A DNA stretch of 61,926 nucleotides, filler included, from Choristocarpus tenellus KU-1152 (lineage: Eukaryota; Protista; Phaeophyceae): NCBI GenBank assembly GCA_964200185.2. It is 8 parts of 8 records of this genome, joined end to end, with 100 filler letters (N's around TTAATTAATTAA, not from the genome) between each part and the next. Parts side by side here need not be neighbours in the genome. Positions count along the whole stretch, not along the records: positions 23,549 to 29,778 come from CAXNAD020008625.1; positions 29,879 to 37,378 come from CAXNAD020006064.1; 6 more parts are not named here. The stretch is one strand, 5' to 3'. This document shows, piece after piece, positions 24,128 to 37,378 of the stretch; position 1 is the stretch's first letter, and each line of letters begins with the position of its first letter. The position numbers were made by a program, and so were the translations under genes. Under the pieces are notes generated by a model. The model saw only the letters and a program-made list of their open reading frames with translations. It searched no databases and was not told where the DNA came from.

Positions 24128-27100
24128 AACTGTACTTCGGGAGGAACAGGACCCAGGAGAGATCAAGGCACGCATGGTGGAAGCGGAGCTGGTGTCTCAG
24201 GTTATGAAAGAAATGGACTGTTATCTTATATACTATCACACTTGAGATAGATATCTAGAGATAGAGATTGATAGATACATACGGATGGATATAGATACAG
24301 ATTATGGATAGGTGCATTGTTTACTCAGACATGAAAGGGGCCAAGCATTGTGTTGATCAGGGAGATGGGATCTATTGAAAGACGAGTTACTTCTCCTTTT
24401 TATTTTTTATTCTTTTTATTTTGAGGGTTTCCACACCAGACAGGTATTTTTTTCAGTTAGAATGAATGTGTGGTTTGTAGAACAGAATCAACGGTATTCT
24501 CGTTGTTTGATGATTGATGACTGATGGTGTGTTCAAGGTGTGGTGAGTTTGATGATTGAGTTATTTGGTTATGAACAAATCGGAAGATGCTGCTCAAAAT
24601 GTAGTGACTCTTATCTCAAAATGTAACGGCACTTATCTCAAAAGTGCTGAATGAGGTCAGGCACTGCTGACCTCTAGGAACTACTTTGGACTGTGATAGA
24701 ATAGTTAAATGTACCCTGCAAGTGGTGGTAATTTGTAGTATTTTTTTGTTAGTGATGTTGTATTTCTCTCTTTGCGAGCAGAGAAGTTAATTAAAATAAT
24801 TGTAATCAGTTAACAGAACAGAAAATTACTAGATGATACTGGATGTGTTATTTTTTCTTTTACTTTAGCCTGCGATGTTTTAGGACATTTGATGGATCTT
24901 AACGTGAAAGGAGAAGTCTTAGGACACTTGATGTGTCCTTCTGTCCCAATCCGTCTGCCTGTCTCCCCTATCATGATCCTCACCTCAGGTCCCTCGTTGA
25001 TATTGTGATATATATATATGTGATAATGCAGTCCTTGCTCCTAATACCTAACCCTTTTCCTACTGTGTGTTTGATGATACTAATCTTATACATATTAGTG
25101 TGTGTCACTATCACTATCACTATCATTTTTAATCAAAGTCCTGTTCTCTGCCTCTCCCCTGGGGTGTCTCTCTTTCCCTTTGTTCGGCTTTCTGTTTTCA
25201 TCAGCAATACATGTAATAATATTATTATTATTTATTATTATTTCATTACAGTAGTACTAGTGGTAGTGGGGGATCATTCATGAGGTGTACCCTACTTTGG
25301 TCCACTTGAATGTACTGTTGTGTGATATTATTATTGTTGGTTGTTTTTGATACTTTTCAATGATGCGTGCATGTGGTACTATGTTTATTTTTACTACACT
25401 CACTAATTTTTTTGATATTATTATTATTATTATTAATAGTAGGGGAATTGGTGAAAGAAGAACCATAGAGCGGTATAGGAGTGGGGGCTATAGTGAGTGT
25501 GTAGATGCATCACCCATTGATGACTCATAAAGCTTACGTTCACCAAAGCCTTCCTTGACCCTCACCGGGTTTTCCAATTGTTACTTGGCATGTTGCATTA
25601 TGGTCAGGCGGAAAGTAGAGCTTCCAATACAGACTGGAGTCGTACATCATGGAGTCGTCCTCAGACATCATACTCACACAGTGCTTCTGGTACTTCTGGT
25701 GGGGGTATGGTGGGACAAGAGCAGCCTGATCATTACAACATGCCTGTGAGGCCACAGGGGATGTCTCGTGTGGAGAGGAACCAGGCATCAAGGAGATTAT
25801 CACCACCACAGGTGTGTGTGTGTCTTGTGGTGATGGTGATGGTGATGGGGATGGTGATGGAGATGGGGATGGGGCGTCTTGTATGTGTTGTGTATCTGTT
25901 GGAGAAGGTTATTCCTGCATTATTGTTATTATAACTATTATTTATCTGTTGAAGGTTATTCCTGCATTATCGTTATTGTTATTATTATATTATTATTATT
26001 TATGTACCGTTGATGTTGTCTGGGTTTGATGGGATAAAAGTGTTATCTTAGTAAAATTCTGGTTCTAGTTTAGGGTTGGGGTTAAGTGACTTGAAAGTTG
26101 TCAATTGTTTCACTTCAAACTCCCTGTTGTGGTCAAAAATTTCATGATTCAGTTTTTGTCCAAGGGGTGATTAAAGGGGACGATCACACTCCAGATGGGT
26201 TTTAGTGTTCTGGGAGGGATGGGGGTGAAGGGTTCATGTGGGGAGGTATGGTGTCCTTGCTTGATTGATTTCTATTTGTATGACATTTTTTTGCTTACTG
26301 TGTCACTACTATAATAATAATTATGAATTATAATAGTCTTAGAAGCAGAAGAGGTTAATTATATTTCCTTGTGGTCTGTTCCCATCATGGACTAGCTGTG
26401 TCTTGGTCGTATCTGTTCCCATCAAATCATGAGTCGTGAACCATCAACCAACACATTTCTGATGTTAAACTGTCGAAATCTGCAGTACTGTTCACCTCTT
26501 GCTTTGTCCTTTTATTTTTATATTGGGGAGATGATAGCACTGTGATGGACTCTATACTACAATACTGGTGTTTGTATTAATACCAATACTAATACCAATA
26601 TTAATGCTCTTTTGAGCCTATTGTTCCACCACCACTCCACCCATCCATTAAGATGTACAATTTGGTCATAATTGTTCCCCTTGAAGTCACGCCTTCCACT
26701 CCCTGTGCATACACCACTCTGTTGTGTATGATGTATTTCATGTATGTATTTCATGTGTATGGCCAGGCGTTTGTACAAAGTAATGAGCGGAATGAACAGG
26801 GACAGTTACCCGCTGTTGAAGGTGGTCGAGGAGGGAACAAGGCAGAAAGGAAGGAGAGAGGAGAACGTGAGGTATATCTTTATTTCATAGGACACATGTC
26901 ACCATTGTGTTTTTATCGTTACTTGAGGTACTGTGGAGATTAGAGTAATGTTGATGTGTTTTTCAAATATTGTATGTACTGTGAAGATACATTTTATATC
27001 CCTAACCCTAACCATATGGGTGGAACACTTTAAATTTTATATTTTTTGTGAGCAGTGTAAAATAAAATAATTCTATCTCCCAAGGCGTCGTGTACTCCTT

Positions 27101-29313
27101 TTATTTTATTTTAAACTTGTCCATATGGACTAGGGTTAGGGTTATCTTGCATTGGCTTTATTTTTGTTTATCAGTTTATCAAAGTGTTTTGAGATTTGTG
27201 TATCTCTTAGAACTCAGCACCAAAGTTCAAATATAGTGTATCTCTTGTTTAGTAACCCAGTCGAGATTATTCTTATAATATGCTCATGGTGGTTGTGATG
27301 TTAGTATTGGTAAAGTAGTGTTAGAACTGTGTAAATGGTATTTTGAATGCTTCATTATATTTTTTTATCTGTATTTGTAGTTGATTTTTTTTTTCAATGC
27401 TAGTTGTGTTACAGTGATCTAGTTGTTCCATACTAGGTCTGTCTGGGGTTGAAGAAGGTAGTAGGTAGGTGTTTAGTCAGAGTTGAAAAGCATGGGTACA
27501 ACATGTTGGATGGAGATGGAGGAGTACTTGACAGACACATTGAATGCATGGAGATGCACCAACGGCATTCAATATAGTAATGTTGTTGGTGTTCCTTGTA
27601 GAGATTGTATTAATAACTTGTTGGATCACTCTTCCTTGTGTGTTGTTTGGAATGAGAGTGTCACTTGATGATAAATGTACATCATACAATCATTGTGTGT
27701 GTTAACATTCCTAATCTATGAAAGTATTGAGTGCAGTATCAAGCATTTTTTGTAATGTCTCCTTTGATTTACTTTTTATTTATTTATTTGTGGTATTTTT
27801 ATTATTATTATTATTACTATCGGTGGTGAGAAGTTCCATCATCATACATCATCATACATCGATTGGTACAGTCACTCGACCCATTCATATCTCACATCTC
27901 ATATCTCACATCTCACATCTCATCACACCTCCAGTAGTAGTACCCTTCATTTCTAAGATAACAGTATTGGTTCGTTTCTATCAAAGAGGTTAATCAAACC
28001 TCTCTACCGAATAGTGTGTTTGTGCTGTCTTACCCCCACTGCAGCCTTAGCACATGTTATGGTATGTTATGGTATATGTTATCTCACTGTTATTGTTGTT
28101 TCATTGTATTGTACAAATATAGGTCCTTGTGGATAGACTGGTAGACCTTGGCTTTGCACGTGGACCATCAGAGGATGCACTAAAACAGACAGACTGGAAC
28201 CCAGATCTTGCTGCAGAACAGCTCATGTTGCAGGTAACCTAGTGCTGGTACTAGTACAATGGTAGTACCTTATTGATGATGCAAGTACCTTATTTATGAC
28301 ATATCTGTCATCTTTGTTGTGGAGCATTGTAGGTAATTTATCGTCTGTTATTCAGCATTAGCATTAGCATTAGCATTGCTTTTGAACAGTTTCCCTTTAT
28401 ATCACCAGTATATGATCCTTATGTCTCTATGTGTACATACATCTAGAGACACAAACAATCCGACTCAGTGCTTCAATTTGAATTTTAAATTTGAATTGTA
28501 GTTCCACTGTAGAGTTCCATGTAGAGATGGGGGGGGGGGGTGATGGCGTGTGCTCTACTAGTTCAGCATGCATTCTGATATATTTGGACTTATCCGGAGG
28601 CATAGATGTGGCTCTTTACTTTTAACCCATTTGATGTGGATGTTGATACTTTTTTGTGATGGGCAAGTGGTTAAATTTGATGGGATTGTTGTGTTTCTTC
28701 TGGCAAGAGGGGCTCAAGTGGTTAAATTTGGACTTAATTCCATTGGAATAGGAATGGGTGTTTGTGTATATAGGGGTGGTACCCAGGTTATGTGTCACAT
28801 AGAGATTGAAAGAGGGAAACGCCTTCCATTCCACTCGTGCTCCTTGGAAGGACTTCGGTTACACTTTTATTATTATTTCTTATTTTATTTACACTGTTGG
28901 GGTTAGTGTATGTGTTTGGGTTAGAGAGTTGAAAGGAATACCATACTGACCGTTATGCGATGATGGTATCCCACTTGTATATGGTGATGTTTATTATCCC
29001 GCAATGTTTTGGAGCATTTTTGTCAAATGTGAAACATGTATTGTCAAGGACAAAACTCGGAGGATGTTTGACCTGTGTGATCTGTTTCCTCTGCGATGTC
29101 TTCGGTCTGGATAGAGTATGTGCCCTAATGGCACAGTACAATGCATGCATGAGTTGTGTTGTGTTGTGTTGTGTTGTGTTGTGAAGGGGTTACATTGTGT
29201 AGGGTCTTATTGTGAGACTATCATCACTTGTAGGAGAGTGGAGGGTGTACATACATGATAGAAGCTACTTTTGTTTTTATTTTTTATAGGATTGGTACAA
29301 GAGAGGGGATTGA
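24128..29313 (+). CDS. 3' part of a protein with a low-complexity linker and C-terminal UBA domain
   Basis: Phase-compatible GT-AG exons 24128-24200, 25608-25811, 26767-26871 and 28123-28233 (VLVDRLVDLGFARGPSEDALKQTDWNPDLAAEQLM, UBA pattern with LGF and N-x-x-x-A-x-x-x-L). Probable last exon 29290-29313 (DWYKRGD*). Confidence 0.75.
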
Positions 29314-31219
29314 TATCAAATTATATCAAATCCAATTAAATTTAATGAACTGAGGGTTGTTGAAGTATATTTCTTGTCTCCTTCAAGGCATGTTATTTAT
29401 TAGTATTAATTATTATTTAATGCTACAATGGTGATTATTCAAAGCATCCTCAAAGACCATTTCATCGCTATATTTATTTCTATTCTATTTATGTATTGTA
29501 AATAAATATTAATACTACTCTTGATGATTTTTTAATGTTATTTTTTTGTTTTATCTGTGTGTGTTGTGATATCATTTGATTCGATTTGATTTGAGATCTT
29601 TTAGAACAGAACTTGACTGATAGTTGGGTATTAGTCATTCCATGTTAACTAGTTTCTGGTTCGTTTGACTGGTCAGAGATTGGATCGGCAGCTTTCATTC
29701 CTATCCCCCCCCCTCCCAGCTCGATCCCTCCCACCGTCCTTGTGTCCTTTCCTCTCATTCTTTTTCTAATCAATATAGNNNNNNNNNNNNNNNNNNNNNN
29801 NNNNNNNNNNNNNNNNNNNNNNTTAATTAATTAANNNNNNNNNNNNNNNNNNNNNNNNNNNNNNNNNNNNNNNNNNNNCTTGACGCACCTCGAGTTTGTA
29901 CCTGATGATCCTCGACCCCCACCTTTCTGAAAGCTGAGATTATCAACCCGATTTCATTCTGTGGGTTATAGTCCGATTCGGCGCCGTTCTTGCCCGGTGA
30001 GCCCAGATGTTTCGCGTCACAAACTTACGGCACAGCAGTAGTATACTGTTTATCCGATATGAGTAAGAGTTGCAATAGTCCTGCTCGCATTCCTACAAAC
30101 TAGGTAGTATATATATATCTATGTATACCTCGAAGTACGATGAACAGTTATATCGAAAATAATATGTACTATTTGTATGTGGTGATAGAATTTGCTTGTG
30201 GACTGACATTTTGTAACATAGATGTTGTCACGGTGAGGAGGAAGCATCTTATGTATTGATGCAGTAAGCAACTAAATGTTTTCTTCAAACCTACTGGGCC
30301 ACCCTCACATACGTAAGTACATAGGGTGTGGGTCCAAGTGATGGCAATTCCCGTTTAACCTTATGTCTGCCGTTTGTCTTTGTGTCTGTGTATGTCTCTG
30401 TGTCTGTCTGTTACCTGTCTCTCTTCCTCGCTCCTCACACGGAGAGCTGGCTTGCGCCGTACTTTCTCTCGAGGAGAAAATGATGCAAATATATATATAT
30501 ACTACCACATTGCACTTCGTAGATTTGTTTATGTTTACACAATCCTTGAAGAAATCAAAATATTGAGTCAGCTCAAACCGCCTCTAGCTCATCACCGTCA
30601 TTAGAGGCTCTCCTCCGCATTGTGTGCGTCTGCCTGCCATCTCAAGTCCCATGTGTTTACACTGCGGGTACAGGCTCTTATTATCACACATGCACGTACT
30701 TCATTGCACCAACCGCACACACCTCCCACACTCCTCCCATGCGATCCATTGGATCCTTCTTGCGCCACCTCTGTTCAGCTTTCCACAACCTCCTATAATT
30801 TAGTATGGGACAAGGAACCTACCCCAAACCCACCTAGCCAACCGTGGTCAGAGGCATTAATCACATACCCTGCACTACTTCTCACGAACAACTATGAACC
30901 AACTGTTGTTACACTATTAACATAACAATTGCACTAGCCCATGTGCGCCTTGCTTTTTTTCTCGCTCGTTGGGTTGAGCCATCCCACTGCTCGTCAACCT
31001 GCCTCCTCCCTCTAATCTGGTGCCAGCGGTGTTACGGCACACTCCAAAAGCTTACTTCCACGGGATGTACATAGCTCCACTCCTCAGTCCTATATATGGC
31101 ACCGAACCCTGTACAGAACTCCTGGGATACTCCAACAGTCAAAAGGTCCAACGAGGATGATGAATATCAGGTCAGCAGATAAAGGTACTCTTATGAATCA
31201 ATAAGTATGAATATGAGAA

Positions 31220-31475
31220 GAGTGAAAGTATCTTAGAGGGTACGAGTTTTACCTTGTTTGTCCATTTGGGGCTTGGCTTCCCATGGGTTTTTATGACTTT
31301 TTCCTACCCCGAAATGTTTTGGAGTAGGTAAAATGTATACGTTATGAAAAGGTGTGTCCAGAACAAGGATATTGACACTTCCTAACAAACACAATAGCCA
31401 AAATTACATCAAAATTGCAACATTGTATTTGACCCCCAAACGGATGCGGCTCTACCCTCTAAGATTCTTTGACTC
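31220..31475 (-). mobile_element. MITE family A copy
   Basis: GAGTGAAAGTATCTTAGAGGGTA ... TACCCTCTAAGATTCTTTGACTC, flanked by AGAA on both sides (31216-31219, 31476-31479). Confidence 0.92.
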
Positions 31476-32509
31476 AGAATTGGTATCAGTTAAGAGTGAG
31501 CCATGTGGGGGCCTGAGCCGTTTGGGGCCTCTTGTCATCATTTACCTTTTTTTTCGGTTTTAAAGACGTTGAAATACATCTGAGAACCGTTGCATACATT
31601 TCTAAGTTACAGATCTTACTGGGCAACTTTTAGCAAATCGGAGTTCCCCCTTTTAGGGTTTCACACACGTGTACAGTGCTTGTGCTGGTTAAAGTGCGGA
31701 GAGAAATACTTGCACTATTCGCCTATAGCAGTAGCCCTCACCTGACCGCAAAATAAGCCTTGTCATCACGGTTCAGGTTTTCCGCATTATGTTTTTGTTT
31801 AGGCGACGGACTGGAGGGTAGAGGTGTACCACCCGCCTGTCCTTGCCATGCAGTCAATCAGACCAAATTTCCCTGAAAAGGGAATGTGACCTCAATCGGA
31901 TTTGAACCCGGGCGCATTCCTCAGAAAATAATGTGGTAAACTAGTAATAGTAATAGCAGTGAGGTACAACTGCGACCAAGATCCGTAAAGTGTAAATTTA
32001 TCCAGTAATCTGACTAGTTTTTTCGTGAGAATTCGTAGGGTTAGACAAGTTATCCAGGTGACGTTCTGGCGGGGAAAAAATAATAATGTAGCGAGGGTGT
32101 ACGAGAAAGATAAAATATTGGGTACTCGAAAAGGTTTTTGAATGAGTGGAGCAGTGAAGCAGTGGCCAACGAGGAGCAGAGCGAAAAATGGGACAAAACC
32201 AAAGGTCTTGGGAAGAAGGACCAGGGGGACAGGCTCGAGGCAAATCATGAGCAACCTTCCTCAGTTACCCACCCTTGAGGTTGCTCACAATTGAGTGGGA
32301 TGTTAGGGGAGGGGGGGGGAGGTTAGACTCGACTGGGGTAGACGCCTTCATGGGAGTGGACGAAGGTGTAGTGTTTTGGACTATTGCGGTGTGTTCTTGG
32401 ATATTGACGTGGAGTGTTGTGGAAGAATGTGGAGTGTCGTGGATGGAGGTGGGATGTTTTGTGGGATTGGTTTGAGAGCGGAAACGCGGGAATTGGCCAC
32501 ATTGTGGTT

Positions 32510-32600
32510 GGATACCATACGCGAATACTGGTTGCATTGGTGTGTGAGTGGATACCATAAGCGAAAATTGGTTGCATTGGTTTGGAAGTGGATACACTGA
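32510..32600. repeat. 40-bp tandem repeat (~2.3 units)
   Basis: GGATAC(C/A) recurs at 32510, 32550 and 32590, with shared TGGTTGCATTGGT in the first two units. Confidence 0.7.
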
Positions 32601-32723
32601 AAGTGGATGTATAGTTGGTGTGGTAACAAGGTGTTGGTGTGGTGCCAGCTCACGAGGAGTTGAGCGGATGTGAGTTTCAAAGAGGGTCCTGAAGTGTGCG
32701 TGCCGAATGCGTGAGGAAAAAAC

Positions 32724-32795
32724 TACAGTCACTGGGGTACGAACCCGGGACAGCTGCTCGAAAGGCAGATATGGTTACCACTGCACCACAATTGT
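32724..32795 (-). pseudogene. tRNA-Gly(TCC)-like pseudogene or SINE head (present anticodon TTC)
   Basis: Cloverleaf with A box TGGTGCAGTGG and B box GGTTCGTACCC, anticodon arm TCTGC-CTTTCGA-GCAGC, followed by a T6 tract. Body resembles eukaryotic tRNA-Gly(TCC); acceptor and T stems carry mismatches. Confidence 0.7.
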
Positions 32796-34389
32796 TAAAA
32801 GCTAGTAAGATTTATCTTTCACCAGCTTTATATATGTACCTACATACGTGATACACCCCCACACATACAGTGGTTACGTACACCTTCGACCTCCCAAGAA
32901 CATCGCAGACAGAAACAACACAGATCCGGGCCCCGGCCCAGACTCACAAGCAGACTGATACATTTTTCACCTTGGAGGAACTATCAGTGATGAGCCTGAT
33001 TTACGTTCGAGATCAGCCGATGGACAGGTGGGTTCAAAGAGCCTCAGACTGTTTCCAGAATTTTATCCAACTACTTAATTACAGAAACACAGGTGTATCA
33101 TGTTAGCTCACTATTGAGATTCGACTACTCAAGCCTGGAGTGCTTGAGACCCTATTTTATGGTTTTGTGACATGTGCACTCACTCCAACAAGTCCACTAT
33201 GTAAAGTTTTGCCCTCATCATCATACATTCACTCTACCCTGCATGTATCGGATCTCGTAAGAGGGAACACGCCGACCTACAAAGAATAACAGTTCTTATT
33301 AATGCAGGGGCTGTGCCAAGGCAGACTCTCTTCAAGATTAAGTCGAGAGGAGGATGTCAGCTCTTTCTGGTGCAAGAGCTGTGGCAAGGCAAGCTTCTCC
33401 GTTGAGCTCAATCCACGAGGAGGACGAAACAGACCCCTAGGTCAGGATTAGGAGGAGAGTGACGGCTCCAATTGGTACGAGGAGGTACTGGGGGCACCAG
33501 TCCCTTGCTAAGAACAAGTACTAACCAAACAGCAAGAAAACAAGCAAGGAATGATTAACGGATCCCAGACGAGGGCCTCATCAGCCACCATAATCAGAAC
33601 AAAACGCATGTTGGGTCAACCATTTCCGTGTAAGCTCAGACTTTGGAATAAAAATATACAGAGCACCAATCAAGCTAACCCAGGATAGAATAATGCCAGC
33701 CACCACAATAGCACCGCAGTAGTAACAATTTGCGTTCTGGGACAAACATACGCTCCAGCACACACCTAGAGATTAAAGTAGTAAAATACTAGTTATACCA
33801 TCGTACTCAACAAATCTTCGTAACAGTAACCACGCTGGTAGTACTGCTGCTTGTTATGTTAGGTGAAAAGGCCCCAGGCCCTGGTCACGACAGATACCGT
33901 AGAGAAACAAATCATATTCTGACCCAAGCATCTCAATGTTTGCCGCAACAGTTGTAATATTATTAGTGCTGTGAACCGAAAGGGTTTATGACTGCAGTTA
34001 AATCGCGAGGAGAAAAATTTGGATAAATTGAATTGAAGTGTAGGTGCACAATGCGATGAGCACGAAGCTTGCGCAAGTCACATTGACGCGTAGTGCTGTG
34101 AAGTCTAAAATTCAAAGGCCTCCTCAGGTCTCACCAGGAAGATCTGAAGCCATAAACAGTGAAATGTGTTGTGAGTTAGTTGTGGGTAGTGGGACCTTGT
34201 GACTAATATATAGTATTTCTGTGACCTCAGACATGTTCATTAGTCACACCTCTGGTTGTATTGTGACTTAATTATAAAAAAATAAATAACCGAACTTTTT
34301 CAGTTCAGCTCTTTGGTTATAAAGATGAATCGAAATGAAGCTGATTGAACCATTGTACGTTATTGGGTCCATGTAAAGCCAGGCAACAG

Positions 34390-34760
34390 TGTGCAATGAG
34401 TAGCATTCAAGAGAGGCGGACGGAACACCCTCACAGCAGTCGCGGCGATGAGACCCAAAGAGAGTGTGTGGGTCTAGCCCCGGCCACTTGCTGGAGGGGT
34501 CGACCAACTCCAGGCCCGGAGCCAACTGGAGGAGTTCGAAGTTGGCAAGGTTGTCCTGGTCAACTGCGTAATATCATGGTATGCACCACCCACCAACTTG
34601 CAACGGGTGGTTGACATTGTCCCCCATGCTGCAGATATGACAACACTGTGAAACACATACACTACTGCAACAAGATCAATCCTGCTAGTGACACATAACT
34701 CTTCCACCATTTGCGATCGAGACCCATATAATACTGGGTAGCAGCTCCCTGTGTCAACAT
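34390..34760 (+). pseudogene. Possible Gypsy LTR-retrotransposon integrase C-terminal remnant
   Basis: Broken frame LEEFEVGKVVLV...RVVDIV resembles the FEVGDYVLV motif downstream of Gypsy integrase; stops present. Confidence 0.3.
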
Positions 34761-35594
34761 TGAGGCATAGCGACTCACGAATATTAAGAGAGAGAGGAGA
34801 ATTGACCGCAGAGATCTTGGACTTCTAGGTGACAGAGCCATGCCAAGGATGGAAAGCCTAAATACAAAGCTATAGATATTCTTAATTTATACAATAAAAA
34901 GTCTGAACAAATTTTTAAAACCTCTTTAATAAGGAAAATATATACAGGTTTTGGTCTTTGGTCACCTAAATATGATAGATGCGGTTCCAAGAATTCATCT
35001 CCTTCATTTTACAGATTACAATATCATGGTGAACGTTCTCCTCCTTTGGTCAGGTAAATGTGTGCGTGTGGGTGGGTGGGTGCTGTGCAAGAGTTAGAAT
35101 GCTCACCACCCCCCGCGGGAGAGACCAAACCTATGTACCATCTTGTACTACAGTTGCTTATTCCTGTGATATCATCCTCTGCTTCTTCTGCAGCACCATT
35201 TTCACTCTTTGTGTCCTCACCTTCTATCTCCGGGCATGCATGAGGTTCTCTTCTTTCCCCACCCCTCAACAATAAGTGATGATATTGACTGTCCCCCCGT
35301 ACGAACATATTGGGGGATGATGGGCGATCTCGTATCTATTAGCATACAGGTATAATTCAGACAATGTTCCTAATGGACTGTATTTATTGGCACATGGTAA
35401 AATACTTGAATGCGAAGCCTTACGGTGCCGATCTAGCTACCTGGAGTCATCTCCTGTTTCGACACCTGGCACTAGTCATGGTAGACAGCAAGCCAACTGA
35501 AGGTTCGCGATAGATCATGCTTGGTTTTGTGACAAGTGTATTTGGAATAATCTATTTTTGGTTTAAGATTCATTTTGTCCTCATACACCTTGCC

Positions 35595-35783
35595 ATACCT
35601 TCTCGGCCTTTTGGCTAAGATCATGTGTAGTATCTATTCTATCTAGTGTGAAAACTAGATGAGATCTCCAATGGAGATCAAATTTCACATCTGTTTTTGA
35701 AATAACTGGGTCCAGTGTCGTTTGCGCCACTCTGCCTGGATTTCCCTGGTATTGCTCTTCAACTAAGTGAGGTCCATCCCCTC
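35595..35783 (+). ncRNA. U2: U2 spliceosomal snRNA (divergent copy or pseudogene)
   Basis: ATACCTTCTCGGCCTTTTGGCTAAGATCATGTGTAGTATCT matches the U2 5' end and branch-recognition sequence. Stem IIa ATCTAG/CTAGAT, stem IIb GATCTCCA/TGGAGATC, Sm-like GTTTTTG, stem III TCCAG/CTGGA and loop IV-like TATTGC are present. Confidence 0.92.
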
Positions 35784-36276
35784 AAAGACAACATATCAAC
35801 AATATCGGGAGTGCGCCGACCATGTGCTGTCAGCCCTAACCTAAGATGTATATTACGTACCTGCGCGTTATCGTGTTGGTAAGACGGAAGGAAGTCTTCG
35901 TGAGGTAACCTCCCCAATACTATTTTTTTTACATACCATACGTTTAAACGCCTTCCAAGATGTGTAACCCCCCCCCAAAAAACTTATTTCGTTATTTTCC
36001 AGTCTATTGACGGCAAGTGCGCGCGTTAAAAACGCGCGAAAACAATGCTGCTCGCGCATCTGAACGTAATTATGAGTACGTAGGAAGACAACCCAATACG
36101 CCATAAATACATGTACGCAGTATGAAGGGTGGCCTAACCCAATTAATAGGCCTCAACCACCACAAACTACTGTTCCACTACTTCCTAAACAACACAAATA
36201 ATGCATGGATGGGATTGAGCAAGTACGAAGTGAAGAAACAAATGAACGCCTTCTTGTTCAAATATGTACTAATGCT

Positions 36277-36523
36277 GAGTCAAACTAAACGAGACGTACT
36301 GAGAGTTGCATTTTGAGTATGTTGACAAATATATACAAAATTCGGCTTTTTTACATATGTGTGTTGGATATATTCGGATTGTGTCGGCATACTATGAAAT
36401 AGAGAAACGAACAGTCTCCTGTCAAACTTAGAATTTCATATAATATAATTAACCACTGTTGAAAAAAATACTCTTTAAATGCAAATTGGACAAAACCTGG
36501 GTACCTCTAGTTCACCTTGACTC
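36277..36523 (+). mobile_element. MITE family C copy (diverged)
   Basis: GAGTCAAACTAAACGAGA ... CTCTAGTTCACCTTGACTC; aligns with 16165-16417. Confidence 0.75.
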
Positions 36524-36789
36524 ACTAGTGATATTACGATGAGGACTTCACCTAGTCAGTGAGCTTCAACAACTAGAGAGGGGCAGAGTACACGATAGGT
36601 TCAACTACTACATCAAAAACGCGTGAGCTCCCTCCGTGGACTTCAACTCATGTGAGGATGATGTACTTACTGCTTGGATATTTTCTGCAGTGTGTGTGAC
36701 TTCTTCTACAACAGCATCAGCAGGTAATAGATTGATCATGTGTGTGTCCACGTGATGATGGTGTGTATGTACTACTACTCCAGAGTAGT

Positions 36790-37041
36790 GAGTCAAACTA
36801 AATGAGAAGTACCCAGAGTTGCATTTTGTGGATGCTGACAAAAAGGTGCAAAACTCAACCTTCCTTACAAGTGCGTGTAGGATATTTTCTGAATTATGTC
36901 GAGATATTTCAATCGAGAAATCAACATTCTCAAGTCAAACTTAGAACATCCATAGAAATATGGGTGAATTGCGAAATATAAAAAAACTGTCTTAACATGC
37001 AAAACGACAAAAACCTGGTTACCTCTCGTTTATTTTGGTTC
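36790..37041 (+). mobile_element. MITE family C copy
   Basis: GAGTCAAACTAAATGAGAAGTACCCAGAG start; internal CATCCATAGAAATATGGGTGAATTG identical to the 16165-16417 copy. Confidence 0.8.
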
Positions 37042-37308
37042 AATTATGGAAGGGACGATAATGTACTCGGGGAGTATTATACAGCACTGAAGTATTTCAT
37101 ATGCAACACGTGGAAGTGAATAAGAATACGTGACACTAACAATACATTTTCTCGAGTCTTTTTCTGGAGAGCCTGACAAAGTTAAATTGCCTATGTCAAG
37201 TAAGAAACCACAGTTAGATCTTAGCTGTTTTTTATTAGGGCTGGAGGAGTGGGTACCTTTTTCCCAACCGAGCAAGAAGAGCAAAATGAAGGCTATACAA
37301 CAGTAAAT

Positions 37309-37378
37309 GAGCCAAAGTATCTTAGAGGGTAGAGCCGCGTCCATTTGGGGACCAAAATCCAACGTTGCGATTTTGATG
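37309..37378 (+). mobile_element. MITE family A, truncated at contig end
   Basis: GAGCCAAAGTATCTTAGAGGGTAGAGCCGCGTCCATTTGGGG runs into the linker. Confidence 0.85.

Noticed and set aside
29879-30025. CpG-rich minus-strand open frame (VCDAKHLGSPGKNGAESDYNPQNEIGLIISAFRK)
   Set aside because: Could be an exon, but it is truncated by the contig edge with no recognisable homology.
32510-32600. Short periodic repeats (also 24594-24645 and 25892-25985) considered as CRISPR-like arrays
   Set aside because: Only 2-3 degenerate tandem units, no unique spacers, no cas genes, eukaryotic context.
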